A stretch of DNA of 64,000 bases from Botryllus schlosseri (lineage: Eukaryota). The DNA lies in the NCBI GenBank assembly GCA_051294905.1, contig CM119372.1:16740001-16804000 (forward strand), given 5' to 3'. A model generated the notes under the pieces. It searched no databases, was not told the DNA's origin, and saw only the letters and a program-made list of their open reading frames with translations. Positions 1 to 14,379 of this stretch are shown one piece after another. Position numbers and translations under genes: made by a program. The first letter of the stretch is position 1, and each line of letters begins with the position of its first letter.

Positions 1-1620
1 TGAAAATATGCTGAATCCTCGATTGTGTCGAAATACAATATCAAATCTCAGGACGTCAACACCTTCAGAAATTTTGTTGTTTCAAGGCTGATTTATTGTG
101 GTGAATAATAATAAACATCGCCCTGCTAAAACAGGAACAGTGAGTAGACCAACGTCAGCGTGATTAATAAGTAATCCCGTGTATTTTGCGATTATCGCTG
201 TACGAACGACGATTCGCAATAAAGCATGACTCGGCTAAAACGGAGCGACTGCTTTACGGGAAAACTCGAAGGAGTATTCTAGCGCCTTTTCCGCGACAAT
301 ATCACGAAATTACTGCGCCGTTAAAAATATCGGAACAAATTGAGCAAACGTAATGGTAACATATCATCCGCAAACACCGTATATTGCGGTAAGTTCAAAA
401 GTAAACTTTCCGACATTAGACGACATATCATACGTTAACGGATACTGCTGAAGCCAAGGATGATACAATTGATATCACTGACGGGAAATTTACACAAAGA
501 TACGAATTGATTGATAGTTGCAATTTGTATGAAATCGATATTTGCGTATACTGGCTAGCAATAGTGGAACCCCTGGAAGGTTCCGGTTCGTTTGGTCACG
601 AACTTTCAGTAAATGTTCCCTGTGAGCAGTGGCCTTTGACATCTCGTGATGTCATATTGCTAATTTCCTACACCACATACCCGCAAGGTAATGTATACAA
701 TACCTGAGGGACAGGTTTTTAATGTACGATAACATTCTGATGTCCAGGAATATGATAAGTGATAACATTACAATGACCTGTTCCAATATCGGGACTTGAA
801 GGAGACATTTGCTTTGTTAACTTTCCCAGTCCACATCCACGTCCGTAGCATTTTTCGCTCAAATCTACATGTGCTCATAGTTTGATTGACATCGCACTCT
901 TGAACCCGCTTGGCTGGCGAAACAAGAATCCGGATTCTAGTTTCGGGAATTTGAGATAGTGTAACCGCCTCGTCGATAGGCTTACTATTGGAAAGCGCAT
1001 TTACACTTATTATCAACGTCCTGGCCTGTATATTCAGGAGTAATATTCAACAATCGGAGTATAGGATGACACTCATGGATGTGTGACAAAAACGAAATAT
1101 CTTTACTATAATATCCTGTAACACTTCGTCGGTGAAATTATAATAGAGCGGGGTCAGGAGGTTCATAAGGTCCCCCTCATTCGCACCCAGTATGGCATGG
1201 GATCCCCAGAGACTCTTCGAAGACTTAGAACAATTTTGCACCAAGGAAACCAAACATCACTTTCAGTTTCTCTGGGAACAGCTAACGTTGCCCCAACGCG
1301 ACGCGATTACAGGCTAATGATCTCGATTTATTCCGTTTCCACGAAAGACACGACGTAAGTCGCAACCGCAAGCCGCATTACGGAAAGTAGGTATGATTTT
1401 TGACTATGTATAAGGTGTATCCTAATTCTGTGTTCGATTGCCTTTCTTGCTGTCCCCACGACACAGAGGGTAACGGAAAGGTTCAATTCAAGTAATGTGG
1501 ACCAAAGATGCTAATATCAGTTTAAAATCATGTTATTTAACAAAATGTTCTCAGTATTGAGCTTTCCAGGGTACGTAAGTGAACGGTGAACACAAACACG
1601 AAGCCCTAATGTGTTGGCAT

Positions 1621-2597
1621 TAGAGATGGTGTGAACCTCTGAAAGTTTCAGGTTCGTGTGAACGCGAGCCTTTTTGAAAGTTCTGTGTGAACGGAAACGT
1701 GAATATCATGACGTCACGTGACGTCATATTGCTAATTCGAACCTTACATTTCAGTAAACTGATAGCTTATATTCATGTAAACGATACCTAGCGACAACTC
1801 GGGCCAGATAGTTCCACAATGCTGAAATAAATAGTGAAGTTTTAAACGTCGCCTAATGTATCAACTGGAGTAATCAAATGTTATAATAATCCCGTAAAAT
1901 TAATATCTTCCGTCGCTTTGCCAACAATTTCGACGAGGACTTGCAGTGGAATATCAGCTTACGCCTCAACGGTCTATAGGCCGGACCATAAAATGTTTTC
2001 GGTATCCGAGCAGGACTGCTACGTTGATATTGAGCAGAGTGAAAAACGGGTATCTATACCTGCTACCGATATTAACCAGTTATATAGCAGTAGCCAACAC
2101 CCCAATTGCACGGATTTGGTTTTTATGATACAATAAACATATGAAATCAAGATTGACCCGGTGCGCCGGCTAGATTTTTTATATCAGACAACCATATCAA
2201 CTTCATTGATTGGTTGAATAAGCATCATTCGCTGACTATACCTACATGTAGTGTATTTCGCTCTTGATGTTGTGTGATTGCGGGTCAAGCTCACATCAGA
2301 GAGTCATTAAATATTCGAGCAAACTTTTGTCACAATACAAGTAAAATTTTTGAGATTGTCAAGGTGAATGGTCCTTTCGTGTTGATTTTTTATGCTGCCA
2401 GCGCCATATAGATAATGGCCCGCAGTTGAAATACAACAGATCTCAACCGACGATGTTATAATGAAGTGGAAGTTGTAATATATGAAAAAGGTTCACAGTG
2501 CAGAACCTACCAAGGTTCGTTTGTGAACGTGAACCTCTAAATTTCTGAGGTTCACACACAGAACGCAAACGTGAACCTCATGCTCACACCATCCCTA
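1621..2597. mobile_element. Non-autonomous hAT element, family A copy 1 (977 bp)
   Basis: TIRs tagagatggtgtga...tcacaccatcccta; perfect 8-bp TSD gttggcat (1613-1620, 2598-2605); collinear with 30534..31719. Confidence 0.9.
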
Positions 2598-5500
2598 GTT
2601 GGCATGCGTCAATGCTGTGCAAGTGTATAACTGTATAGTGTATATAGCTTCTGTTTCGCAACCAGCTCAAACAGTCCAACGGAATTGCGCAAAGTGCGCG
2701 TACAGCAGAATACTAAATCTTTCTCAGTATAGGATTTAAAGCGCAAATTATGGACATACTTGTAGAATACCAAGGTTCTGTCGTGGTCTCTAACTACGCA
2801 GGAAAAGATCATGGCATGTGACCTCTCCGTTTTCCCCGATAATGCGCAATAATATATTACGCTCCCTTTACGTCACAGCGTATTCACAATTCAGTGCTTG
2901 CTGTGAGTTCGGATGGAAACTTGTTTACCGTCATATGCGACACATTGCTGCATCAGCTATAAAGACATTGACAACATTCGATGTACATGGTCAGGAGGAC
3001 GCAGGATTTAAAGTCATAGGTACTACAACCTGTCAATAACACCTGGACACCCGCATATCATGATGTGATACCAGCATGGCGATGATTCGATTCCAGGCAA
3101 TGTGTTCCATTGCACGACCCAGTCTGAAATCAGTCTTCCGACAACGATATCATTCCAGACCTCGCACGTCGCTGCGTTTAATGATATTCTCAAAATGTAT
3201 TAAAACATGGAATTGTGATCACTGTATATATTGTGTATTATGGGTTCGAACGGCTGCTTTAAATTAGAAAGCATGAAATTAAAAAGTAGAAGCGATATCT
3301 GCTTTATGAGTATTATGACGTTTCGTCGCCAATGCATCAACATGGTAGAGTCAAACGCTGGGATTAGTGTATGATGTTTAAGTCTTACCAAGTGTATCGA
3401 TATCGAAATTAGCCATTGTGTCGAGGTCAATACTCGTGCGGCGAGGAAAATCAATTGATGAAGTGATTTCTATTGGACCTCAACCGGGGTCTGCGATAAC
3501 TGAAGTAAGGTAAGTTATCGTAGGCCCCGTTCCGTCTAAACTGTGTTTAAAACAGACGTATTATTATTTATGTAATTTTATAATAACGCATTCGCTGGCG
3601 ATTTGCCAGGAAAGTGTAAGATCTGTGTCACAATCCAACACTGGGGGAGAGAATATATCCACATGGGTATACGTCCACTGAAAATCGTAAGAAGGTTAAC
3701 ACAATTGCGAAAACACAAACACTCATAAATTCGACGCGAAGTCATTAGACATACTGCGTCTATGCATATTGCATATTCATGAAAAATAACATACGAACGG
3801 GAAGAGATTGATTGGTTTTGAATTGATCTGGAGGTGAATCTACTCTTGTTGTGGCGACACTATGTGCCGAGCAATGCAAAATCGAAATTCAATCGCGGTC
3901 CTATCAGGTTGAACTCGGTCTTTCGTGATTTATGTGGTGGCGAGAAAAGCGTGCTGCTACAACACTAATGTGCTTTTCAACCTGTAGGATGGTATCGCTT
4001 GTGAGGACGAAAAAATGCAGTGCGGATGGGTACGAATGAAAATTGCGCACATATTTTAGTTTTTCTGTCGTGCAATATTTCACATAATCCCAATAGGATA
4101 TTAAGTATAGAGTGACTCTCTAACTTTTGTCGTTGCGACGCATTTGTAAAAACTTGTTGGACGTTCGACGCACCGCTAATCGCAGTTTTTACAATAATTT
4201 TTTCTCGTACCAGTCCGAGTGAATTAATATTTGCGCACTATTGTGATCACGAAATCAAATGTCTGATTTGAGAGCGGGTATGAAGACCTGGTCACCCAAG
4301 AACTAGACACTCTTGTAGTAGACCCAACAGCATATTGGCCCGAAACGTGATTTAGTGCACTAGTTGACATCGAGACGAGGAAAAGAAGTTGTCTTCTGGA
4401 TGAGACACTTGATGACGTAATGCGGGGAGTTTTGGGGCAACAAGTTGTGCATGACTAGTCTGAAATTGCAATAAATCTTCAGCAGCAATCTGGTTGCTCA
4501 TGAGCCGGTAGGCTTATTGAATATTTGAATGAGAATGTGTTATTTCCCTCCATTTCTTTGAAATAATTCCCGACTGGTTTGTGCGGATGAATTTTTGCAT
4601 AAATGAGACTGCAGGTGGTTCACAAAATGGTCGAAAAGCTCTGCTATAATATATTTTAGGTTCGATATCGACTGCCAAATCCCCTCCTCAGTGTTGGAGG
4701 TTTATATAGGTTCATTATCTCCATCCGATCCGTATACAAGAGGGGTCTTGCAAAAGCCTAAAACGAAAGCGGGCCTTTCTCCAAATCGGCAGCTCAGCAA
4801 TCTTAATAAGATAAGTTGTGACTGGTGTAAAATGACCACAGAAGTCGAAACACCATGACTTCTAAGCAACAAAAACCCGACCGTGATTCATGAAAATCCT
4901 AGGGATTGCCATGGATTTTCTTTCTGTAGCACAGTCATAAGTTTTGGTTGGATCAAAATAAACTATAGTAATCACCAAACTTTCATGACGTCACTGTAAT
5001 GCCAACGTCTGATTGAGTCACCTCATCGTGATGCATTATTATTGTTGATGTGAACACGATTAAGCTCCTCGTATTTGTTACTTCGTATTTCTTTGCGGTA
5101 TCTACAGCAGCCGGCGGATAATAATAATAAACGTATTTTAGGAGAATCGGTCGATTGGTCTTCTTTAAAAGCTCTCATAATGCTCGTATATTAGTGATTC
5201 ATTATGCATCATACGAACTGGTTACATTCATGCTTCTTAAGATGGCCTATTGCATGCATTCGCGCATATTAATCATATCATATCGAGCATTTCCGGATAA
5301 GTTGATAAGCACTTCCGTCTTATATAGTTTAGCACACGACGATTATTCAGATATTATACGCCTAGCCGTAGCCGATCAGTGACCACTGACCAGTCTTCCC
5401 AAATACCACAAACGTCTTAGATGACTTTATTAATATGTACCTTGTTTATATCCCAAGTGTATGGTTGTTGGTGTTGATTACAATCTCTGAATCACTTGAA

Positions 5501-6261
5501 TTATGATTTACACTTTTGCTGTTTATGTGTCTTATTTGTTCGCCAATGTCAAAGCGACATCTACTCACTCCCTTTTAACTTGGCCTAATTGATAGTACTT
5601 TAGCAATGAAAACTTGACAATCATACTATAGTAACTTACGGAGGTTAGTAATCTAAAACCATGCAGTATCTTGGAATGATGACACCGCGTCGCAATATAT
5701 AATCCAGTCCGTGCATCGTGCGCATGAACTTATCAGGTTTACATTGTGATAATGTACAATATGCAAACCTAATTTATTTTACGTCAACAGAAAATGACTC
5801 CTCCAAATTTCACCTTAACAATTAGAAACAACGAATTCTAAGACCAGGATCGCAATATATTCATATCTATAGTTTTGCGAATATATATGTGGTAAGCCTC
5901 ATTAAACCCGGGTTCGTGTTTTTGGGACTAGCTTGCCGAATGAAAAGTTACTGAATCTTTACCGAAATCCCAATACTTTGGACAAAAATTTCGAGGATGA
6001 CTCTGCACGCGATTAATATTCGTCGTTCTTATACTCCTCCCGCGCGCACGTCTCGGGATATGACAAAACACGTCGGAATTATTGCGGCATGTGATAGCAC
6101 AATCGAATAACCTCTGCCGCTTACCGCCTCGATTATCGGATCAGGAAGATGCATGGTGGACAAAGCATGGAATCGTAGTAAACACCGTCCCTATAAATTC
6201 GGTTCGATGTCATTGTTTTCGATTAGTTTGTATCGGTCATTACGCACGCAAGCATTAGCCG

Positions 6262-6644
6262 ATGGATTTTCGAAGGCTATTGCTGTTTGGCGTCTGTTTC
6301 TTATTCCAACAAGCGGATACAAGGAAGAGTGCAAAAAGTATGCGACTCTGTAATAGATTCCGAAGCCATTCGTTGAGGAAGGCCTGCCAGAAATCTCTTG
6401 CGAGTACGCAGACGTTGATGGTCGGTGCATCGATGGGAGTAATTGACGAAAGATATTTCATGTCACCCGTTCCACCTGCTAAAATCACGGACCGCAGCGT
6501 TGTAAACAATGGCGTCGGCTATTCTTTGGGATGCACCACAAACGTACGTTGCCCTGTAAATGATTTAAGCTACGCCGAGAATGAAAGAGAAAATATCCGC
6601 AACACGTCGCCCTGGGAGTATTGCACGCATTTCGATCCTAACAG
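6262..6644 (+). CDS. IL17: IL-17 family gene g1, coding exon 1 of 2 (204-aa precursor)
   Basis: ATG at 6262 opens a hydrophobic signal peptide (MDFRRLLLFGVCFLFQQADT). The frame ends with RCP...NIRNTSPWEYCTHFDPN-AG|gtattt, the IL-17 RSxSPW/DPxR motif cut by a phase-2 donor at 6645. The symbol is family-level only; no A-F orthology is implied. Confidence 0.93.
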
Positions 6645-7952
6645 GTATTTGTTATTATTGTTCCTCGCGGCAGATTTAGGCATTAATCCGTGATATGTCA
6701 ATACGATTTGAGATGGGTTCATGGTCATTGGTCATGGTCAACTAATCATCATACGTGTGTACGACTTGACGACTGCACGACGTTTGCGCCCACATGATGA
6801 GATTATACATTTGGATTTCACAAATTGTATTCTCGTTAATTGATTTAAACTTTAATGAATCCATCAGAAAACAAGGATCAAATAAGGGTCGGGTCCTTGA
6901 ATACGGACTTCTATCATTTTAAGCTTCCAAACCAACTGTTAGTTGGTCACACACAAGCCTGTTGCATAATTTCTGGTATATTGCTCAATGATAATTCAAG
7001 ATTTGAAACCATAGCCTTTATTACAATACTCGCAATGTTTGAATTAAATACAAGGAACAAGACGCAATCGCGTTGTATCGCAACGCTGTTGCAAAATGGC
7101 GATGGTATTCGTAGATTTTGAGGTAATCATTACATTCGAAGCAATAACCGTTACAATTTTCATGAGTCATTTGTTACATCTAGAAGACGCCACTCCGTCT
7201 CAAGAATTAGCCGTCCTAGAGTCTTAGCAATATAGCCTACGATACGTAATATGCTGATGAACTTTTTTAGCGCTTAGAATTCCGATAACAAAGGTATAAT
7301 ACTACGCACGGCACTGGTAAATCCGTGTTGCGCAAACGATGTGACGCTCATACAGTCGTACACACGACAATGGCGTTTCGCCAGGATGACATGCTGACAT
7401 GTTACATTAATACTGACAATTATCGTAGGAGATACTCTATGTTGATTTGTCACGCCAGCACCACTCCTGGGGCAGACACTACGTTGTGGAGTATTCATTT
7501 CCAACATATTTGTGACGATTGAATATGTTCCTTACTGTTCTTGCGGGTAGGATAAATATACGTTTGTTTGTAGATAATTTTCAAATTAGATCGGTTGTTC
7601 CAGTTATCGCATGCTTTTGCTATCACTTAACTATATATGGGCCTCTTTTATTTTTGGAATAAATGCGTATGTAAGGTGTTTCGTTATCATGATATCATCG
7701 TGACATTGATGAAACTTATTTACTTTTGTCTGTAAATCAATACCATTATTCTCGCGGAAAAAAACAATCACAGGAATAAGAAGATCTGGTATAGAAATCC
7801 ATAGTAGCCAATCAGCAAAATGAAATACTAACCGCAAGATCATGTACAAAGGTTCCAGCCGTATATGTATTCACGAATCATAATATTATGTCTATCACAT
7901 ATAATAATACCTGATTACAGTAGCAAAATATTTAACTACGCCTTTCGTTCAG

Positions 7953-8184
7953 ATTTCCGCAGTTCTTAACTCAAGCTGTGTGTCTTTGCAACGGCTGCAT
8001 TGACCCGGCAACGGGCCATCATCAGCACAGCTTGATCTCAAGGCCAATAACGACAAAGATCACAGTTATCAAGCGTGCCTCGGACGCCACACGAAAGTTT
8101 AGTGACTGCACAAGCCGGACTTGTCGTGAAGAACAAATAGACATCGATGTGGGTTGTTACTGCAGCATACCTCTATTGAATTGA
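7953..8184 (+). CDS. IL17: IL-17 family gene g1, coding exon 2 (cystine knot)
   Basis: Acceptor cctttcgttcag|A completes the Arg codon. It reads FPQFLTQAVCLCNGCIDP...SRPI...VIKR...IDVGCYCSIPLLN*, carrying the AxCxCxGC and VGCxC motifs. TGA at 8182-8184. Confidence 0.93.
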
Positions 8185-11100
8185 ATGTCTCAGCGTCACT
8201 GGTAAAGCAACGAGGGATCCGATCCAGTATGGATACACGGGATGGTGCGAAATCCTGAAAAATTCTGGTACGAACTGTTGTAAAAGGTCCTCTGTGAACA
8301 CGAAGCTACAGACTTCACGCGGCATCACTATGCTAATTCCAAATTATTGTACTTACACCGTGCAGCAGTACATGTCTGGCTGTGTTCTACCCCGCTTATC
8401 GTAATTAGCCGAAATCCAGTTTGAATTGTGTGGGATTTTGGTTGGTTGAGAGTAGTATTGGTGCATTTCGTAATATCAAACTCACATAAAGATGTGACTT
8501 TACCTAATTTTCTTATCACTTGGCACCCAGTATTGTGGGGATGCTCCGAGAATTGGAGCTCAGAAACTATTCTTCACCACCGACCCAAATATGTAATTTC
8601 CGTCTAATCACACATAGATAACTTTGCTACTGCATGGGAGTATAAAGTCCTAGGCCAAGCACGTAGCAGCGACGGAAGCAAGACATTCTATTATTAACAA
8701 CTAAATAGCGTGATATGTCAAGCAAAATTCTCAAAACTCCGTATGGTTTATTACGTCACAAGGTGCCTCTTATAGATTTGGGATGAATTCCCTTTGCTGT
8801 CATCGTGAGACGGCTGAAATTCAACGAATTCTGATCATGTATGTTAAGATTAACGGAAACTACTGGTATTTCACGAAAAAATGGTCACTGGGAATAGATA
8901 GAACCTGTCAAGGTTCGTTTGCCAACGCTAAACTCTGAATTACAAACCGAACGTTAGCATCACCTCTCTTTGGTGCTCCAATATAGACGGAGCAATGTGG
9001 ATCATATCCACGTACTAGATGCGCTATGCGCACGTGTTGACAAATCTTCATGTATATAGATGTAATGGTAATATACGAACTATGTCGCGAACAACTGCCG
9101 TTACAGTATCACAGAGATATCGTCCTATTTATTGCGCAGAATTATATTTATAAAATCCTGACGTATTTAAAGTCACTGGACTACGTTTTGTCTATTTTAA
9201 GAAGTGCTACAGATGTGCATCTATCAGTGTCCGGACAGCAAAAAATCTGATAATGACCTGTTCTTGAACAGGTATCATTGTTCCGTGGAAAATGACGTGG
9301 GATTCTACACCTGCGGAAACTATAGCGTCCAAGTCACCAATAGACACCGTTATTGTGATGGTTGGAAGGGAAGTCCAATAAGTTTTGTTAAACCGATGTA
9401 CGAACCTGACACCGCGCACTTCCGAAAATTAACAAGCAGTTTCTGTCAGCTTACTTCCGAGATATCAGTAATATCCAATTGAATGGGACTCGGGAGTGTC
9501 ATTTTAAATGTATTGCGACATACATTTCGTAATCAACCTTGCACCTTAGTATTTCTGTCGGTATGATATTGACTTGAACTATGGTAACATTGTAATACAA
9601 ACACGATCCCTATTATATTCAAACTCAGTTGATTCATACATAGATTTCTATCTTATAAGGAAAAGCAATTTAGGTACATAATTATAGCGACCAGAGATTC
9701 ATAGTCCAAAATTCATTATTCTAATATTTGATGTCACTGTACCCGTAACACTAGCAACGACAATGGCATCATTTAACTTTTCATTTCACATTTTACTCGT
9801 TCTGATTATAATTTTTGTCTAATACCTACAGCACTTGCATAGTACGTCTTGCATGAAATATATCGCATTCGTTTCATAGATGTTACGGAAGGGTGTGTTA
9901 CCTATGCAGCCACAAATTGAATTATTTATGTTAATAAACAAGATACAATCTGTTATTTATTGATGCTACTTCCTGGAACAGACGGCGAAAGGCTTTCGCC
10001 TGCGTAGTGAACAATATTTATGCAAAAATCGTTATTTATCAATTGTATATCTCCATCATCGGTGCCTGTCACCATATATATTTGTAACCGGTTTATCTTG
10101 TAAGAAAACAAAAAATATTACAGTTTTCTTGGGAACGAATATATTCAGAAGACCGACACGCAACGCACTAGTCGGTGTAAATAGATCGCGCCGTGTGTGT
10201 GCGCTGTGCCTGTGATTCGTACAAATATTGTGCCTCGCGTGAGTGCAGACGTCTATACACTGCATGATGATGATGAAGCAACGTTGCATATCTGTTCGTG
10301 CTTGGTGTCAAGATCGACTGGGAATTCTTCATGTGCACATAAATTAGAAGAAGCATGCCCAAATATGCTTGCTTGACTTCGACGACACTCCTATATGCCA
10401 TTTATAACATATCGGAATGTTTACTCCAGCGCAATTCAAAATATCAGCGATTAAATGGCGATTACGATCTCAACGTGCTCTATCGAGCACTCCCAAGGCT
10501 GGTAAGTGCTAATGAAGGCAGCTCTTTAGCGATGATCAGTTGTATATCAGACAGGATACAACGGATACGTGATTCGTTTCTGATTACGCTTGTCTCGCAT
10601 ATCCATTGTAGCGGCGTTACAATTTGAAGGCACATTTATTTCCGTTCAGTTACGAAACGGATGATTTACAAACCCAATATCAAGCATGTACGTTGTCTTC
10701 CCTAGTCGCGGTACAGTCACCGACAAACGCATTATGTCATTGCCTTATAGGTGAACTTCGCGACGTATATGCGATAAGATAATTGCGGTTAGGTGCCAAC
10801 GATCAGATGCGGTACAGGGGAGATTGTAGATAGCGAAATTCTGAGCAGGAGAATTATGGATAACGAAAGCGTTATATCACAGAAATTGGCGTTGGGGATA
10901 TAGATTGCGATATTCAACACCGAATGGATGATAGTTTCTTTTTTTCCAAAACATGGACTGTGAGATATATCTATTGTTTTAGAGATATGGATGACACACG
11001 GAGACCAATTTCGTTTACCTGGCTCTATTATATCGTGAAATGAGAATATCGGGTTCCAAAAGTGGAAAAACTTAATAGAATATAAATGTAGGCACTGATG

Positions 11101-13376
11101 GATCGTGATTGTTAAGTACAGAAATAGGTTCGGACGATCTGTTGGTTTGGGTTCTAGAACGCAACTTGGCTGCGTTCGCGGCCTCAAGTAGGTCGCTAGA
11201 CCAGCGGTGCTTCGATCTGGTATAATTGAAGCTGTTAATGCTTGGTACGGGAGAGGAATGTGAATCATAAATCCGGATTTGGTGGTTGTATCACGGAATG
11301 ATTGCCAGATATCTACACCTAATACTTTCGGTTGGAAAGTTTCATTTGATCTAGAGTGAGTAAGAGACGGAGTGCATATCCCCGAATCCGAATGCATAAG
11401 TTTATAAAAGAATATGTGCCTGATTTCTCATTCCAATTGATGTATTGCATAGGGTAGGAACAATACATCTATAGGCCGATGAAGATTCGGAAAATCCCCA
11501 GGAAGATTGATCCGAGCCATTTATCATTGCTGCCGAATCAGATCTAGCGAACCGCATTTACAGTGTATTTTTAACTTTGCTGACAGCTAGGTAAAGTAGA
11601 GTCGCGAAAAGTTTATATAAAACAAGGCTTAGCACGACGCCTCTAACAAACAGCTTTGCAACGGAAGGTGTCGTACGTCGCAAATAGCGTCAACGTCGTT
11701 AACACGGCAGTCGAGCTTTAGGGCTATATACTCGCTTAAGTCGTTACGAACCGAGTCCCACGTATTGGTCACGTTCCACTGGCTTATTATCATCGCTATT
11801 TCATACATTACATATAATATTACTATATTTATTTTCATGAAGGATAACCGGCCATAATCTATTCCTAATATGAGCTATTCGCGTCGTCACAATAACAAAT
11901 GCGGGAAGGCTTTTACTTGTAAACACGGAACAAATTACTAACAAGGATTAGAGATAAATAGCGTTAGGAATGTGTGCGGACAATTTGTCAAACTATAGTG
12001 GGAACCCGGCAAGGAAACATTTCACTTCTTTGTCCGTGTCAGCGAGTTCGCTTTATGAGAGGTGTTGTCGTTTGTTCAATCAGATATATCGATGACAGCA
12101 AAGTCGACAATAATAATTAATCCAATGTAAAACTCACAATATTTGTTCAAGATTAGTTTCATCATAGGGATCAATCTCTAGGAGCATATAAGGCAACCGC
12201 TATTTCGCGGGGAGCCGTCTATAAGTTATCGGTATGCAGATGAAATATATAGGCAGATTGCGTATTCTTCAACGCTAAAGCTTCAAAATATAGATCGAAA
12301 TATGTCGAATTGGCGTCTAAGCCGGTTGTTATGATATCCTGACAAAACACGTCTGGAATATCATTCGCGCAAGTACAGTGATGTTATTTCGAACTAATTA
12401 GTAGTGACTCGTAATTGTACCGTCGCTCATTCGCGTTTTCCTGTTTCAGTACACAGTAGGTTTCCGACGAGCTTTCGTAATTCGTACGCAATAACAAGTT
12501 GCTCTCAAAGCAGATACAAGTGCTTGAAGGTTTTCATGCGGTATATTCTGCATTCGTACTCTAAATTCACGCTTTCACTTTGCCCACGCGCGCAGGCAGT
12601 CAGGCACTGCCTGAAATGCGGGAATGAGTCAAAATCGACGCCTTGGAATGAACGGCGGTAAAATGCGTCGCGTCCGAATGATTCTCTTCGGACATCAAGC
12701 ATTGCCATTTTCGGGTGTGATGAATTCTTTACATATTAGAACCAATTATGCATTCAGAGGTACATGCTATAATCGTAAGACGCTATGATTTACGGCGAAA
12801 TCTGAGTGATTTGCCATAATTAAATTTGAAAGGAATTATTGCCAATAATTTTGTTGATTGATTCATTTCGCATTAGTGTAATCGATAATCACCAAAGCAA
12901 CACCATTTTCATTCGGTATGACGTATGTCGCGAGGCAGCAGGTACAGCAGAATTTATACTTGAATCCGCATTGGATACAGGTCTACCGCAGTCATATACA
13001 GACAACCATAGCGACGAGATCGTGAATACTAGATCGTCAGCATATATAATTGTTAGCCTGTATTGAATCGCGCGTTACTTGGAAACAAGTCAAGTTTCGT
13101 GGCAGCGGCAATCCCGAATCTATTTCGGAGGGTCACAAAATGTTATCTTGCGACCCAAGTGCACTGTCACTATCTCTTCCGGCCATTTATCGTTTGCGAT
13201 AATGGCAGCAGCATTTCAAGGCCATTACCTTCGGGTTGACGTGTGTTGTCATAATCCATAACAATCGTGACAATTGAAACGGCACCGTCACTCAAAAGAC
13301 GCCGGGAATTTTGATGAACTTTTGACTCACGCTTTAAAACATGGTTGTTTTCATTCTCAGATAAATTACAAACACT

Positions 13377-13984
13377 ATGAAAATGCAAGCCAAAACATAC
13401 TGCCTGTTTGCTATATATATCACAACATGCTGTGTGTACGGCAGGAGCATACGGGCGAAGAGAGACGTTGCCATTCCGAAACATCTAATGAATCTTTTTC
13501 ATTGGGGACAACGCTTTCAGCACTTGGGAACGGGGATCATCGACCTGAACGAATTAAGGGAAAACAATTCGACTGAATCCGTCGATTTCGAACCGACCAC
13601 GATCCCACCGCCCCTTGGGGGCAACGTCGTGTCTGGATCTATAGCCGAAGACGACGAAATGAACGAAGCGCTGCCCGGTCAGAATCAATCAGAGATTTTA
13701 AAAGAATGTAGGAAGATATTGGACAAGGATCTTCGCGACATCTGCATAAGGGTCGCCACTAACCCAATACTGAAAACCATGACTGGTGTGCGCGCGTACG
13801 CTGCTCAACAGTCGCGATACACCACGAGCAGGGGCTTCGCATCTGTCGCCGGCCCTCGACTAAAACACTCCGTGTGCAAGGAGAAAACCATCTGTCCAGT
13901 ATATCGAACGGGCGAGCAGAGCCATTTTGTTAGCCGCCGAAGCCTATCTCCTTGGACAATGTGCCACGAATTTGACCCCAACAG
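13377..13984 (+). CDS. IL17: IL-17 family gene g2, coding exon 1 of 2 (282-aa precursor)
   Basis: Signal peptide MKMQAKTYCLFAIYITTCCVYG (the start could be the second Met at 13383), then RAKR. Ends ICP...SRRSLSPWTMCHEFDPN-AG|gtaagc, phase-2 donor at 13985. Confidence 0.94.
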
Positions 13985-14379
13985 GTAAGCCCGACGATGA
14001 GATGTTTACCATCTATATAGGTGAAAAATATGATTAGCGTATAATGCCGTGGACTGTTTTGTTTTTGCCTCTTCTATTAGAATAAATCTGTAAGATAAAA
14101 CCATAGCATGTGTTCTGATCCGCGTCAATGTAAAGGGAACAATTTACATGCAAATTGCTGTAATCATTTCTCGGCATCTCGGCATACCATACAATTATAT
14201 GCCACTCAACCATGTCGGTTAAGTCGCCTCTAATGCTCTAATTACTAGCCCTTGACACTTTGAATCGCTTAAACGTATCACGTTCAAATGCACACAACAT
14301 ATAGATAAGTATAGTCAGCTCATCGCTACCTAACGTATCTTGTCATGAAGATGAAGGCTTATGGTTTGCATTCTTCCAG

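Noticed and set aside
6349-6387. C-x11-C spacing equals that of the insulin B chain
   Set aside because: The CG, L and LxxxC consensus residues and an A-chain CCxxxCx8C are absent; spacing alone is not evidence of homology.
9202-9271. Exon-like 70-nt segment ending LNR|gtatc, like the DPNR donor
   Set aside because: It lacks SPW and any other family motif, and no phase-compatible neighbours were identified.
10185-10510. Cys-containing frames (SSCAHKLEEACP) and a strong gtaagt donor near 10502
   Set aside because: Cys spacing does not fit C-x11-C, the frames are interrupted, and no partner exon was found.
12404-12661. ORF ending LCP-x17-TPW-NERR, with spacing like IL-17 CP...SPW
   Set aside because: No RS motif, DPxR, LRxxC module or signal peptide; one spacing match is within chance.
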